DNA from: the human T2T-CHM13v2.0 reference genome, Homo sapiens
Length of the DNA: 64,000 nucleotides
Direction: 5' to 3' (one strand)
Assembly (NCBI RefSeq): GCF_009914755.1
Contig: NC_060939.1
Part shown: piece by piece, positions 10,701 to 26,200 of the stretch
Numbering within the stretch: position 1 is the first letter of the stretch
Layout of the letters: each line of letters starts with the position of its first letter
Notes under the pieces: model-generated
Databases searched by the model: none
Seen by the model: only the letters and a program-made list of their open reading frames with translations
Told to the model about the DNA's origin: nothing
Program-made: the position numbers and the translations under genes

Positions 10701-11804
10701 AAATTCAATTCGAGACCATTGCTTTTGAATCCATTCGATATGATTCCATTCCATTCAAGTCCATTACATTTGGTTCAATTCCATTCCATTCCATTCCCTT
10801 CCATTCCATTCCAGTTGATATCAATCCATTCGATTCCATTCCATTCGAGCACATTCCATTTGAGTCCATTCCATTCGATGCCATTCCATTTGATTCTATT
10901 CCATTAGTCTCCATTCAATTCCATTAATCTCCATTCCATTCCATTCTACTCCAACTGATTCCATTCCATTCTATTCCTTTCCATTCCATTTCATTCCATT
11001 CCATTCCATTTCATTCCATTCCATTCCATTCGCTTCCATTCCATTCGTGTCCATTCCACTCCAGTCCATTCCATTCGTGTCCATTCCATTCCAGTCCATT
11101 CCATTTGTGTCCACTGCATTCCATTCCACTCCATTCCATATTATTCCATTACACTCCATTCCATTCTATTACTTTTATTTCCATTCAATTCCATTCCATT
11201 TGATTCCATTCCACTCGGTTTCATTCCATTTGAGTCCACTCCATTCCATTCCATTCCATTCCATTCCATTCAGTTCCATTCCATTCCATTCCATTCCATT
11301 CCGTTCCATTGCATTCCATTCCATTCGGTACCATTCCATATTGTTCCATTCGATTCCATTCGAATCCATTCCATTCCAGTCCATTCCATTCGATTCCATT
11401 CCATTCCTTTCAATTCCATTCCATTCCATTCCATTCCACTTGATTCCACTCCATTCCCTTCCACTGCATTCCGTTCGATTCCATTCCATTGCATTGCATT
11501 CCATTCCATTGGACTGCATTCCATTCGATTCCATTCCATTCGAATCAATTACATAGCAATCCATTACATTCGAGTCTATTCTATTCCGTTCCATTCGATT
11601 TCGTTCCAATCCATTCGATTCCATTCCATTCGATTCCATTCCATACTATTGCATTCCATTCGATTACATTATATTCGAATAAGTTCCATTCAAGACCATT
11701 TCTTTTGAGTCCATTCTATTTGAGTCCATTCTATTTGAATCCATTCCCTTTGATTCCATAACATTTGAGTCCATTCAATTCCATTCCTTTCGTTTCCATT
11801 CCAT

Positions 11805-14800
11805 TTGATGCCATTCCATTCAATTCTGTTCTACTCGACTCCAATACATTCAATTCCATTCCATCCGATTCCATTACATTCTTTTCATTTCTTATCCATT
11901 TCAAGCCATTCCACTCCATTCCATTCCACTCGTTTCCTTTCCATTCGAGTCCATTCCTCTCCAGTCCATTCCGTTCAATCCATTCCATTCCAGTCCATTC
12001 CATTCGAGTCCGTTCCATTCCAGTCCATTCCATTCGAGTCAATTCCATTCCATTCGATGTCTTTCCATAACGATCCATTCCATTCTATTCCTTTCGATTC
12101 CATTCCATTCTATTTCATTCCATTCGATTCCCTTCCATTGGACTCCTTTCCATTCGAGTGCATTCCATTCCGTTCCATTTCTTTCCGTTCTGTACGATTC
12201 CTACCGTTCGATTTCATTTTGTTCCAGTCCATTCCTTTCGCGTCCATTCCATTCCATTTCACTCCATTCGGTTCCATTCCACTCGATTCCACTTCGTTCC
12301 ATTTCATTGCATTCCATTCTATTCAACTCTATTGCCTTCCATTCCATTCCATTCCATTACATTCCATGCGATTCCATTCGAAATCGAATCAATTACATTG
12401 CAATCCATTACTATTGAGTCCATTTTATTCCAGTCCACTGCATTCTGGTCCATTCCATTTGATTCCATTCCATTCTATTCCATTCCATACAGTTGCATTC
12501 CATTGGATTCCATTCTATATCTATAAATTCAATTCGAGACCATTGCTTTTGAATCCATTCCATATGATTCCATTCCATTCAAGTCCATTACATTTGCTTC
12601 AATTCCATTCCATTCCATTCCCTTCCATTCCATTCCAGTTGATATCAATCCATTCGATTCCATTCCATTCGAGCACATTCCATTGGAGTCCATTCCATTC
12701 GATGCCATTCCATTTGATTCTATTCCATTAGTCTCCATTCAATTCCATTAATCTCCATTCCATTCCATTCTACTCCAACTGATTCCATTCCATTCTATTC
12801 CTTTCCATTCCATTTCATTCCATTCCATTCCATTTCATTCCATTCCATTCCATTCGCTTCCATTCCATTCGTGTCCATTCCACTCCAGTCCATTCCATTC
12901 GTGTCCATTCCATTCCAGTCCATTCCATTTGTGTCCACTGCATTCCATTCCACTCCATTCCATATTATTCCATTACACTCCATTCCATTCTATTACTTTC
13001 ATTTCCATTCAATTCCATTCCATTTGATTCCATTCCACTCGGTTTCATTCCATTTGAGTCCACTCCATTCCATTCCATTCCATTCCATTCAGTTCCATTC
13101 CATTCCATTCCATTCCATTCCGTTCCATTGCATTCCATTCCATTCGGTACCATTCCATATTGTTCCATTCGATTCCATTCGAATCCATTCCATTACAGTC
13201 CATTCCATTCGATTCCATTCCATTCCTTTCAATTCCATTCCATTCCATTCCATTCCACTTGATTCCACTCCATTCCCTTCCACTGCATTCCATTCGATTC
13301 CATTCCATTGCATTGCATTCCATTCCATTGGACTGCATTCCATTCGATTCCATTCCATTCGAATCAATTACATAGCAATCCATTACATTCGAGTCTATTC
13401 TATTCCGTTCCATTCGATTTCGTTCCAATCCATTCGATTCCATTCCATTCGATTCCATTCCATACTATTGCATTCCATTCGATTACATTATATTCGAATA
13501 AGTTCCATTCAAGACCATTTCTTTTGAGTCCATTCTATTTGAGTCCATTCCCTTTGATTCCATAACATTTGAGTCCATTCAATTCCATTCCTTTCGTTTC
13601 CATTCCATTTGATGCCATTCCATTCAATTCTGTTCTACTCGACTCCAATACATTCAATTCCATTCCATCCGATTCCATTACATTCTTTTCATTTCTTATC
13701 CATTTCAAGCCATTCCACTCCATTCCATTCCACTCGTTTCCTTTCCATTCGAGTCCATTCCTCTCCAGTCCATTCCGTTCAATCCATTCCATTCCAGTCC
13801 ATTCCATTCGAGTCCGTTCCATTCCAGTCCAATCCATTCGAGTCAATTCCATCCCATTCGATGTCTTTCCATAACGATCCATTCCATTCTATTCCTTTCG
13901 ATTCCATTCCATTCTATTTCATTCCATTCGATTCCCTTCCATTGGACTCCTTTCCATTCGAGTGCATTCCATTCCGTTCCATTTCTTTCCGTTCTGTACG
14001 ATTCCTACCGTTCGATTTCATTTTGTTCCAGTCCATTCCTTTCGCGTCCATTCCATTCCATTTCACTCCATTCGATTCCATTCCACTCGATTCCACTTCG
14101 TTCCATTTCATTGCATTCCATTCTATTCAACTCTATTGCCTTCCATTCCATTCCATTCGATTACATTCCATGCGATTCCATTCGAAATCGAATCAATTAC
14201 ATTGCAATCCATTACTATTGAGTCCATTTTATTCCAGTCCACTGCATTCTGGTCCATTCCATTTGATTCCATTCCATTCTATTCCATTCCATACAGTTGC
14301 ATTCCATTGGATTCCATTCTATATCTATAAATTCAATTCGAGACCATTGCTTTTGAATCCATTCTATATGATTCCATTCCATTCAAGTCCATTACATTTG
14401 GTTCAATTCCATTCCATTCCATTCCCTTCCATTCCATTCCAGTTGATATCAATCCATTCGATTCCATTCCATTCGAGCACATTCCATTCGAGTCCATTCC
14501 ATTCGATGCCATTCCATTTGATTCTATTCCATTAGTCTCCATTCAATTCCATTAATCTCCATTCCATTCCATTCTACTCCAACTGATTCCATTCCATTCT
14601 ATTCCTTTCCATTCCATTTCATTCCATTCCATTCCATTCCATTCCATTCCATTCGCTTCCATTCCATTCGTGTCCATTCCACTCCAGTCCATTCCATTCG
14701 TGTCCATTCCATTCCAGTCCATTCCATTTGTGTCCACTGCATTCCATTCCACTCCATTCCATATTATTCCATTACACTCCATTCCATTCTATTACTTTCA

Positions 14801-17800
14801 TTTCCATTCAATTCTGTTCCATTTGATTCCATTCCACTCGGTTTCATTCCATTTGAGTCCACTCCATTCCATTCCATTCCATTCCGTTCAGTTCCATTCC
14901 ATTCTGTTCCATTCCATTCCGTTCCATTGCATTCCATTCCATTCGGTACCATTCCATATTGTTCCATTCGATTCCATTCGAATCCATTCCATTCCAGTCC
15001 ATTCCATTCGATTCCATTCCATTCCTTTCAATTCTATTCCATTCCATTCCATTCCACTTGATTCCACTCCATTCCCTTCCACTGCATTCCATTCGATTCC
15101 ATTCCATTGCATTGCATTCCATTCCATTGGACTGCATTCCATTCGATTCCATTCCATTCGAATCAATTACATATCAATCTATTACATTCGGGTCTATTCT
15201 ATTCCGTTCCATTCGATTTCATTCCAATCCATTCGATTCCATTCCATACTATTGCATTCCATTCTATTACATTTTATTCGAATAAGTTCCATTCAAGACC
15301 ATTTCTTTTGAGTCCATTCTATTTGAGTCCATTCTATTTGAATCCATTCCCTTTGATTCCATAACATTTGAGTCCATTCAATTCCATTCCTTTCGTTTCC
15401 ATTCCATTTGATGCCATTCCATTCAATTCTGTTCTACTCGACTCCAATACATTCAATTCCATTCCATCCGATTCCATTACATTCTTTTCATTTCTTATCC
15501 ATTTCAAGCCATTCCACTCCATTCCATTCCACTCGTTTCCTTTCCATTCGAGTCCATTCCTCTCCAGTCCATTCCGTTCAATCCATTCCATTCCAGTCCA
15601 TTCCATTCGAGTCCGTTCCATTCCATTCCATTCCATTCGAGTCAATTCCATTCCATTCGATGTCTTTCCATAACGATCCATTCCATTCTATTCCTTTCGA
15701 TTCCATTCCATTCTATTTCATTCCATTCGATTCCCTTCCATTGGACTCCTTTCCATTCGAGTGCATTCCATTCCGTTCCATTTCTTTCCGTTCTGTACGA
15801 TTCCTACCGTTCGATTTCATTTTGTTCCAGTCCATTCCTTTCGCGTCCATTGCATTCCATTTCACTCCATTCGGTTCCATTCCACTCGATTCCACTTCGT
15901 TCCATTTCATTGCATTCCATTCTATTCAACTCTATTGCCTTCCATTCCATTCCATTCCATTACATTCCATGCGATTCCATTCGAAATCGAATCAATTACA
16001 TTGCAATCCATTACTATTGAGTCCATTTTATTCCAGTCCACTGCATTCTGGTCCATTCCATTTGATTCCATTCCATTCTATTCCATTCCATACAGTTGCA
16101 TTCCATTGGATTCCATTCTATATCTATAAATTCAATTCGAGACCATTGCTTTTGAATCCATTCCATATGATTCCATTCCATTCAAGTCCATTACATTTGG
16201 TTCAATTCCATTCCATTCCATTCCCTTCCATTCCATTCCAGTTGATATCAATCCATTCGATTCCATTCCATTCGAGCACATTCCATTGGAGTCCATTCCA
16301 TTCGATGCCATTCCATTTGATTCTATTCCATTAGTCTCCATTCAATTCCATTAATCTCCATTCCATTCCATTCTACTCCAACTGATTCCATTCCATTCTA
16401 TTCCTTTCCATTCCATTTCATTCCATTCCATTCCATTTCATTCCATTCCATTCCATTCGCTTCCATTCCATTCGTGTCCATTCCACTCCAGTCCATTCCA
16501 TTCGTGTCCATTCCATTCCAGTCCATTCCATTTGTGTCCACTGCATTCCATTCCACTCCATTCCATATTATTCCATTACACTCCATTCCATTCTATTACT
16601 TTCATTTCCATTCAATTCCATTCCATTTGATTCCATTCCACTCGGTTTCATTCCATTTGAGTCCACTCCATTCCATTCCATTCCATTCCATTCACTTCCA
16701 TTCCATTCCGTTCCATTCCATTCCGTTCCATTGCATTCCATTCCATTCGGTACCATTCCATATTGTTCCATTCGATTCCATTCGAATCCATTCCATTCCA
16801 GTCCATTCCATTCGATTCCATTCCATTCCTTTCAATTCCATTCCATTCCATTCCACTCCACTTGATTCCACTCCATTCCCTTCCACTGCATTCCATTCGA
16901 TTCCATTCCATTGCATTGCATTCCATTCCATTGGACTGCATTCCATTCGATTCCATTCCATTCGAATCAATTACATAGCAATCCATTACATTCGGGTCTA
17001 TTCTATTCCGTTCCATTCGATTTCGTTCCAATCCATTCGATTCCATTCCATTCGATTCCATTCCATACTATTGCATTCCATTCGATTACATTATATTCGA
17101 ATAAGTTGCATTCAAGACCATTTCTTTTGAGTCCATTCTATTTGAGTCCATTCCCTTTGATTCCATAACATTTGAGTCCATTCAATTCCATTCCTTTCGT
17201 TTTCATTCCATTTGATGCCATTCCATTCAATTCTGTTCTACTCGACTCCAATACATTCAATTCCATTCCATCCGATTCCATTACATTCTTTTCATTTCTT
17301 ATCCATTTCAAGCCATTCCACTCCATTCCATTCCACTCGTTTCCTTTCCATTCGAGTCCATTCCTCTCCAGTCCATTCCGTTCAATCCATTCCATTACAG
17401 TCCATTCCATTCGAGTCCGTTCCATTCCACTCCAATCCATTCGAGTCAATTCCATCCCATTCGATGTCTTTCCATAACGATCCATTCCATTCTATTCCTT
17501 TCGATTCCATTCCATTCTATTTCATTCCATTCGATTCCCTTCCATTGGACTCCTTTCCATTCGAGTGCATTCCATTCCGTTCCATTTCTTTCCGTTCTGT
17601 ACGATTCCTACCGTTCGATTTCATTTTGTTCCAGTCCATTCCTTTCGCGTCCATTGCATTCCATTTCACTCCATTCGATTCCATTCCACTCGATTCCACT
17701 TCGTTCCATTTCATTGCATTCCATTCTATTCAACTCTATTGTCTTCCATTCCATTCCATTCGATTACATTCCATGCGATTCCATTCGAAATCGAATCAAT

Positions 17801-20800
17801 TACATTGCAATCCATTACTATTGAGTCCATTTTATTCCAGTCCACTGCATTCTGGTCCATTCCATTTGATTCCATTCCATTCTATTCCATTCCATACAGT
17901 TGCATTCCATTGGATTCCATTCTATATCTATAAATTCAATTCGAGACCATTGCTTTTGAATCCATTCTATATGATTCCATTCCATTCAAGTCCATTACAT
18001 TTGGTTCAAATCCATTCCATTCCATTCCCTTCCATTCCATTCCAGTTGATATCAATCCATTCGATTCCATTCCATTCGAGCACATTCCATTCGAGTCCAT
18101 TCCATTCGATGCCATTCCATTTGATTCTATTCCATTAGTCTCCATTCAATTCCATTAATCTCCATTCCATTCCATTCTACTCCAACTGATTCCATTCCAT
18201 TCTATTCCTTTCCATTCCATTTCATTCCATTCCATTCCATTCCATTCCATTCCATTCGCTTCCATTCCATTCGTGTCCATTCCACTCCAGTCCATTCCAT
18301 TCGTGTCCATTCCATTCCAGTCCATTCCATTTGTGTCCACTGCATTCCATTCCACTCCATTCCATATTATTCCATTACACTCCATTCCATTCTATTACTT
18401 TCATTTCCATTCAATTCTGTTCCATTTGATTCCATTCCACTCGGTTTCATTCCATTTGAGTCCACTCCATTCCATTCCATTCCATTCCGTTCAGTTCCAT
18501 TCCATTCTGTTCCATTCCATTCCGTTCCATTGCATTCCATTCCATTCGGTACCATTCCACATTGTTCCATTCGATTCCATTCGAATCCATTCCATTCCAG
18601 TCCATTCCATTCGATTCCATTCCATTCCTTTCAATTCTATTCCATTCCATTCCATTCCACTTGATTCCACTCCATTCCCTTCCACTGCATTCCATTCGAT
18701 TCCATTCCATTGCATTGCATTCCATTCCATTGGACTGCATTCCATTCGATTCCATTCCATTCGAATCAATTACATATCAATCCATTACATTCGGGTCTAT
18801 TCTATTCCGTTCCATTCGATTTCATTCCAATCCATTCGATTCCATTCCATACTATTGCATTCCATTCGATTACATTTTATTCGAATAAGTTCCATTCAAG
18901 ACCATTTCTTTTGAGTCCATTCTATTTGAGTCCATTCTATTTGAATCCATTCCCTTTGATTCCATAACATTTGAGTCCATTCAATTCCATTCCTTTCGTT
19001 TCCATTCCATTTGATGCCATTCCATTCAATTCTGTTCTACTCGACTCCAATACATTCAATTCCATTCCATCCGATTCCATTACATTCTTTTCATTTCTTA
19101 TCCATTTCAAGCCATTCCACTCCATTCCATTCCACTCGTTTCCTTTCCATTCGAGTCCATTCCTCTCCAGTCCATTCCGTTCAATCCATTCCATTCCAGT
19201 CCATTCCATTCGAGTCCGTTCCATTCCATTCCATTCCATTCGAGTCAATTCCATTCCATTCGATGTCTTTCCATAACGATCCATTCCATTCTATTCCTTT
19301 CGATTCCATTCCATTCTATTTCATTCCATTCGATTCCCTTCCATTGGACTCCTTTCCATTCGAGTGCATTCCATTCCGTTCCATTTCTTTCCGTTCTGTA
19401 CGATTCCTACCGTTCGATTTCATTTTGTTCCAGTCCATTCCTTTCGCGTCCATTCCATTCCATTTCACTCCATTCGGTTCCATTCCACTCGATTCCACTT
19501 CGTTCCATTTCATTGCATTCCATTCTATTCAACTCTATTGCCTTCCATTCCATTCCATTCCATTACATTCCATGCGATTCCATTCGAAATCGAATCAATT
19601 ACATTGCAATCCATTACTATTGAGTCCATTTTATTCCAGTCCACTGCATTCTGGTCCATTCCATTTGATTCCATTCCATTCTATTCCATTCCATACAGTT
19701 GCATTCCATTGGATTCCATTCTATATCTATAAATTCAATTCGAGACCATTGCTTTTGAATCCATTCCATATGATTCCATTCCATTCAAGTCCATTACATT
19801 TGGTTCAATTCCATTCCATTCCATTCCCTTCCATTCCATTCCAGTTGATATCAATCCATTCGATTCCATTCCATTCGAGCACATTCCATTGGAGTCCATT
19901 CCATTCGATGCCATTCCATTTGATTCTATTCCATTAGTCTCCATTCAATTCCATTAATCTCCATTCCATTCCATTCTACTCCAACTGATTCCATTCCATT
20001 CTATTCCTTTCCATTCCATTTCATTCCATTCCATTCCATTTCATTCCATTCCATTCCATTCGCTTCCATTCCATTCGTGTCCATTCCACTCCAGTCCATT
20101 CCATTCGTGTCCATTCCATTCCAGTCCATTCCATTTGTGTCCACTGCATTCCATTCCACTCCATTCCATATTATTCCATTACACTCCATTCCATTCTATT
20201 ACTTTCATTTCCATTCAATTCCATTCCATTTGATTCCATTCCACTCGGTTTCATTCCATTTGAGTCCACTCCATTCCATTCCATTCCATTCCATTCACTT
20301 CCATTCCATTCCGTTCCATTCCATTCCGTTCCATTGCATTCCATTCCATTCGGTACCATTCCATATTGTTCCATTCGATTCCATTCGAATCCATTCCATT
20401 CCAGTCCATTCCATTCGATTCCATTCCATTCCTTTCAATTCCATTCCATTCCATTCCATTCCACTTGATTCCACTCCATTCCCTTCCACTGCATTCCATT
20501 CGATTCCATTCCATTGCATTGCATTCCATTCCATTGGACTGCATTCCATTCGATTCCATTCCATTCGAATCAATTACATAGCAATCCATTACATTCGGGT
20601 CTATTCTATTCCGTTCCATTCGATTTCGTTCCAATCCATTCGATTCCATTCCATTCGATTCCATTCCATACTATTGCATTCCATTCGATTACATTATATT
20701 CGAATAAGTTGCATTCAAGACCATTTCTTTTGAGTCCATTCTATTTGAGTCCATTCCCTTTGATTCCATAACATTTGAGTCCATTCAATTCCATTCCTTT

Positions 20801-23800
20801 CGTTTCCATTCCATTTGATGCCATTCCATTCAATTCTGTTCTACTCGACTCCAATACATTCAATTCCATTCCATCCGATTCCATTACATTCTTTTCATTT
20901 CTTATCCATTTCAAGCCATTCCACTCCATTCCATTCCACTCGTTTCCTTTCCATTCGAGTCCATTCCTCTCCAGTCCATTCCGTTCAATCCATTCCATTC
21001 CAGTCCATTCCATTCGAGTCCGTTCCATTCCAGTCCAATCCATTCGAGTCAATTCCATCCCATTCGATGTCTTTCCATAACGATCCATTCCATTCTATTC
21101 CTTTCGATTCCATTCCATTCTATTTCATTCCATTCGATTCCCTTCCATTGGACTCCTTTCCATTCGAGTGCATTCCATTCCGTTCCATTTCTTTCCGTTC
21201 TGTACGATTCCTACCGTTCGATTTCATTTTGTTCCAGTCCATTCCTTTCGCGTCCATTGCATTCCATTTCACTCCATTCGATTCCATTCCACTCGATTCC
21301 ACTTCGTTCCATTTCATTGCATTCCATTCTATTCAACTCTATTGCCTTCCATTCCATTCCATTCGATTACATTCCATGCGATTCCATTCGAAATCGAATC
21401 AATTACATTGCAATCCATTACTATTGAGTCCATTTTATTCCAGTCCACTGCATTCTGGTCCATTCCATTTGATTCCATTCCATTCTATTCCATTCCATAC
21501 AGTTGCATTCCATTGGATTCCATTCTATATCTATAAATTCAATTCGAGACCATTGCTTTTGAATCCATTCTATATGATTCCATTCCATTCAAGTCCATTA
21601 CATTTGGTTCAAATCCATTCCATTCCATTCCCTTCCATTCCATTCCAGTTGATATCAATCCATTCGATTCCATTCCATTCGAGCACATTCCATTCGAGTC
21701 CATTCCATTCGATGCCATTCCATTTGATTCTATTCCATTAGTCTCCATTCAATTCCATTAATCTCCATTCCATTCCATTCTACTCCAACTGATTCCATTC
21801 CATTCTATTCCTTTCCATTCCATTTCATTCCATTCCATTCCATTCCATTCCATTCCATTCGCTTCCATTCCATTCGTGTCCATTCCACTCCAGTCCATTC
21901 CATTCGTGTCCATTCCATTCCAGTCCATTCCATTTGTGTCCACTGCATTCCATTCCACTCCATTCCATATTATTCCATTACACTCCATTCCATTCTATTA
22001 CTTTCATTTCCATTCAATTCTGTTCCATTTGATTCCATTCCACTCGGTTTCATTCCATTTGAGTCCACTCCATTCCATTCCATTCCATTCCGTTCAGTTC
22101 CATTCCATTCTGTTCCATTCCATTCCGTTCCATTGCATTCCATTCCATTCGGTACCATTCCACATTGTTCCATTCGATTCCATTCGAATCCATTCCATTC
22201 CAGTCCATTCCATTCGATTCCATTCCATTCCTTTCAATTCTATTCCATTCCATTCCATTCCACTTGATTCCACTCCATTCCCTTCCACTGCATTCCATTC
22301 GATTCCATTCCATTGCATTGCATTCCATTCCATTGGACTGCATTCCATTCGATTCCATTCCATTCGAATCAATTACATATCAATCCATTACATTCGGGTC
22401 TATTCTATTCCGTTCCATTCGATTTCATTCCAATCCATTCGATTCCATTCCATACTATTGCATTCCATTCGATTACATTTTATTCGAATAAGTTCCATTC
22501 AAGACGATTTCTTTTGAGTCCATTCTATTTGAGTCCATTCTATTTGAATCCATTCCCTTTGATTCCATAACATTTGAGTCCATTCAATTCCATTCCTTTC
22601 GTTTCCATTCCATTTGATGCCATTCCATTCAATTCTGTTCTACTCGACTCCAATACATTCAATTCCATTCCATCCGATTCCATTACATTCTTTTCATTTC
22701 TTATCCATTTCAAGCCATTCCACTCCATTCCATTCCACTCGTTTCCTTTCCATTCGAGTCCATTCCTCTCCAGTCCATTCCGTTCAATCCATTCCATTCC
22801 AGTCCATTCCATTCGAGTCCGTTCCAATCCATTCCATTCCATTCGAGTCAATTCCATTCCATTCGATGTCTTTCCATAACGATCCATTCCATTCTATTCC
22901 TTTCGATTCCATTCCATTCTATTTCATTCCATTCGATTCCCTTCCATTGGACTCCTTTCCATTCGAGTGCATTCCATTCCGTTCCATTTCTTTCCGTTCT
23001 GTACGATTCCTACCGTTCGATTTCATTTTGTTCCAGTCCATTCCTTTCGCGTCCATTCCATTCCATTTCACTCCATTCGGTTCCATTCCACTCGATTCCA
23101 CTTCGTTCCATTTCATTGCATTCCATTCTATTCAACTCTATTGCCTTCCATTCCATTCCATTCCATTACATTCCATGCGATTCCATTCGAAATCGAATCA
23201 ATTACATTGCAATCCATTACTATTGAGTCCATTTTATTCCAGTCCACTGCATTCTGGTCCATTCCATTTGATTCCATTCCATTCTATTCCATTCCATACA
23301 GTTGCATTCCATTGGATTCCATTCTATATCTATAAATTCAATTCGAGACCATTGCTTTTGAATCCATTCCATATGATTCCATTCCATTCAAGTCCATTAC
23401 ATTTGCTTCAATTCCATTCCATTCCATTCCCTTCCATTCCATTCCAGTTGATATCAATCCATTCGATTCCATTCCATTCGAGCACATTCCATTCGAGTCC
23501 ATTCCATTCGATGCCATTCCATTTGATTCTATTCCATTAGTCTCCATTCAATTCCATTAATCTCCATTCCATTCCATTCTACTCCAACTGATTCCATTCC
23601 ATTCTATTCCTTTCCATTCCATTTCATTCCATTCCATTCCATTTCATTCCATTCCATTCCATTTCATTCCATTCCATTCCATTCGCTTCCATTCCATTCG
23701 TGTCCATTCCACTCCAGTCCATTCCATTCGTGTCCATTCCATTCCAGTCCATTCCATTTGTGTCCACTGCATTCCATTCCACTCCATTCCATATTATTCC

Positions 23801-26200
23801 ATTACACTCCATTCCATTCTATTACTTTCATTTCCATTCAATTCCATTCCATTTGATTCCATTCCACTCGGTTTCATTCCATTTGAGTCCACTCCATTCC
23901 ATTCCATTCCATTCCATTCACTTCCATTCCATTCCGTTCCATTCCATTCCGTTCCATTGCATTCCATTCCATTCGGTACCATTCCATATTGTTCCATTCG
24001 ATTCCATTCGAATCCATTCCATTCCAGTCCATTCCATTCGATTCCATTCCATTCCTTTCAATTCCATTCCATTCCATTCCATTCCACTTGATTCCACTCC
24101 ATTCCCTTCCACTGCATTCCATTCGATTCCATTCCATTGCATTGCATTCCATTCCATTGGACTGCATTCCATTCGATTCCATTCCATTCGAATCAATTAC
24201 ATAGCAATCCATTACATTCGGGTCTATTCTATTCCGTTCCATTCGATTTCGTTCCAATCCATTCGATTCCATTCCATTCGATTCCATTCCATACTATTGC
24301 ATTCCATTCGATTACATTATATTCGAATAAGTTGCATTCAAGACCATTTCTTTTGAGTCCATTCTATTTGAGTCCATTCCCTTTGATTCCATAACATTTG
24401 AGTCCATTCAATTCCATTCCTTTCGTTTGCATTCCATTTGATGCCATTCCATTCAATTCTGTTCTACTCGACTCCAATACATTCAATTCCATTCCATCCG
24501 ATTCCATTACATTCTTTTCATTTCTTATCCATTTCAAGCCATTCCACTCCATTCCATTCCACTCGTTTCCTTTCCATTCGAGTCCATTCCTCTCCAGTCC
24601 ATTCCGTTCAATCCATTCCATTACAGTCCATTCCATTCGAGTCCGTTCCATTCCAGTCCAATCCATTCGAGTCAATTCCATCCCATTCGATGTCTTTCCA
24701 TAACGATCCATTCCATTCTATTCCTTTCGATTCCATTCCATTCTATTTCATTCCATTCGATTCCCTTCCATTGGACTCCTTTCCATTCGAGTGCATTCCA
24801 TTCCGTTCCATTTCTTTCCGTTCTGTACGATTCCTACCGTTCGATTTCATTTTGTTCCAGTCCATTCCTTTCGCGTCCATTGCATTCCATTTCACTCCAT
24901 TCGATTCCATTCCACTCGATTCCACTTCGTTCCATTTCATTGCATTCCATTCTATTCAACTCTATTGCCTTCCATTCCATTCCATTCGATTACATTCCAT
25001 GCGATTCCATTCGAAATCGAATCAATTACATTGCAATCCATTACTATTGAGTCCATTTTATTCCAGTCCACTGCATTCTGGTCCATTCCATTTGATTCCA
25101 TTCCATTCTATTCCATTCCATACAGTTGCATTCCATTGGATTCCATTCTATATCTATAAATTCAATTCGAGACCATTGCTTTTGAATCCATTCTATATGA
25201 TTCCATTCCATTCAAGTCCATTACATTTGGTTCAAATCCATTCCATTCCATTCCCTTCCATTCCATTCCAGTTGATATCAATCCATTCGATTCCATTCCA
25301 TTCGAGCACATTCCATTCGAGTCCATTCCATTCGATGCCATTCCATTTGATTCTATTCCATTAGTCTCCATTCAATTCCATTAATCTCCATTCCATTCCA
25401 TTCTACTCCAACTGATTCCATTCCATTCTATTCCTTTCCATTCCATTTCATTCCATTCCATTCCATTCCATTCCATTCCATTCCATTCCATTCGCTTCCA
25501 TTCCATTCGTGTCCATTCCACTCCAGTCCATTCCATTCGTGTCCATTCCATTCCAGTCCATTCCATTTGTGTCCACTGCATTCCATTCCACTCCATTCCA
25601 TATTATTCCATTACACTCCATTCCATTCTATTACTTTCATTTCCATTCAATTCCGTTGCATTTGATTCCATTCCACACGGTTTCATTCCATTTGAGTCCA
25701 CTCCATTCCATTCCATTCCATTCCGTTCAGTTCCATTCCATTCTGTTCCATTCCATTCCGTTCCATTGCATTACATTCCATTCGGTACCATTCCACATTG
25801 TTCCATTCGATTCCATTCGAATCCATTCCATTCCAGTCCATTCCATTCGATTCCATTCCATTCCTTTCAATTCTATTCCATTCCATTCCATTCCACTTGA
25901 TTCCACTCCATTCCATTCCACTGCATTCCATTCGATTCCATTCCATTGCATTGCATTCCATTCCATTGGAATGCATTCCATTCGATTCCATTCCATTCGA
26001 ATCAATTACATAGCAATCCATTACATTCGGGTCTATTCTATTCCGTTCCATTCGATTTCATTCCAATCCATTCGATTCCATTCCATACTATTGCATTCCA
26101 TTCTATCACATTTTATTCGAATAAGTTCCATTCAAGACCATTTCTTTTGAGTCCATTCTATTTGAGTCCATTCTATTTGAATCCATTCCCTTTGATTCCA
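11805..26200 (+). repeat. 2-unit (3603-bp) higher-order repeat of alternating A- and B-type monomers
   Basis: B-type starts at 14670, 18273, 21876 (spacing 3603); A-type starts at 16474, 20077, 23700. CATATG (NdeI) at 12561, 16164, 19767, 23370 (spacing 3603). A 15-bp duplication is present in every second unit. Confidence 0.87.

Larger units (their letters stand above)
219..11700 (+). repeat. Imperfect 4-unit (~7.2 kb) higher-order repeat
   Basis: Unit types A, B, C at 219/2028/3832 recur at 7435/9243/11047 (offsets 7216, 7215, 7215). Shared diagnostic alleles: 'aagttgcatt' + 'ttcaaatcc' in A, 'ccgttgcatt' + 'ccacacgg' in B, 'acttttattt' in C. Confidence 0.75.
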
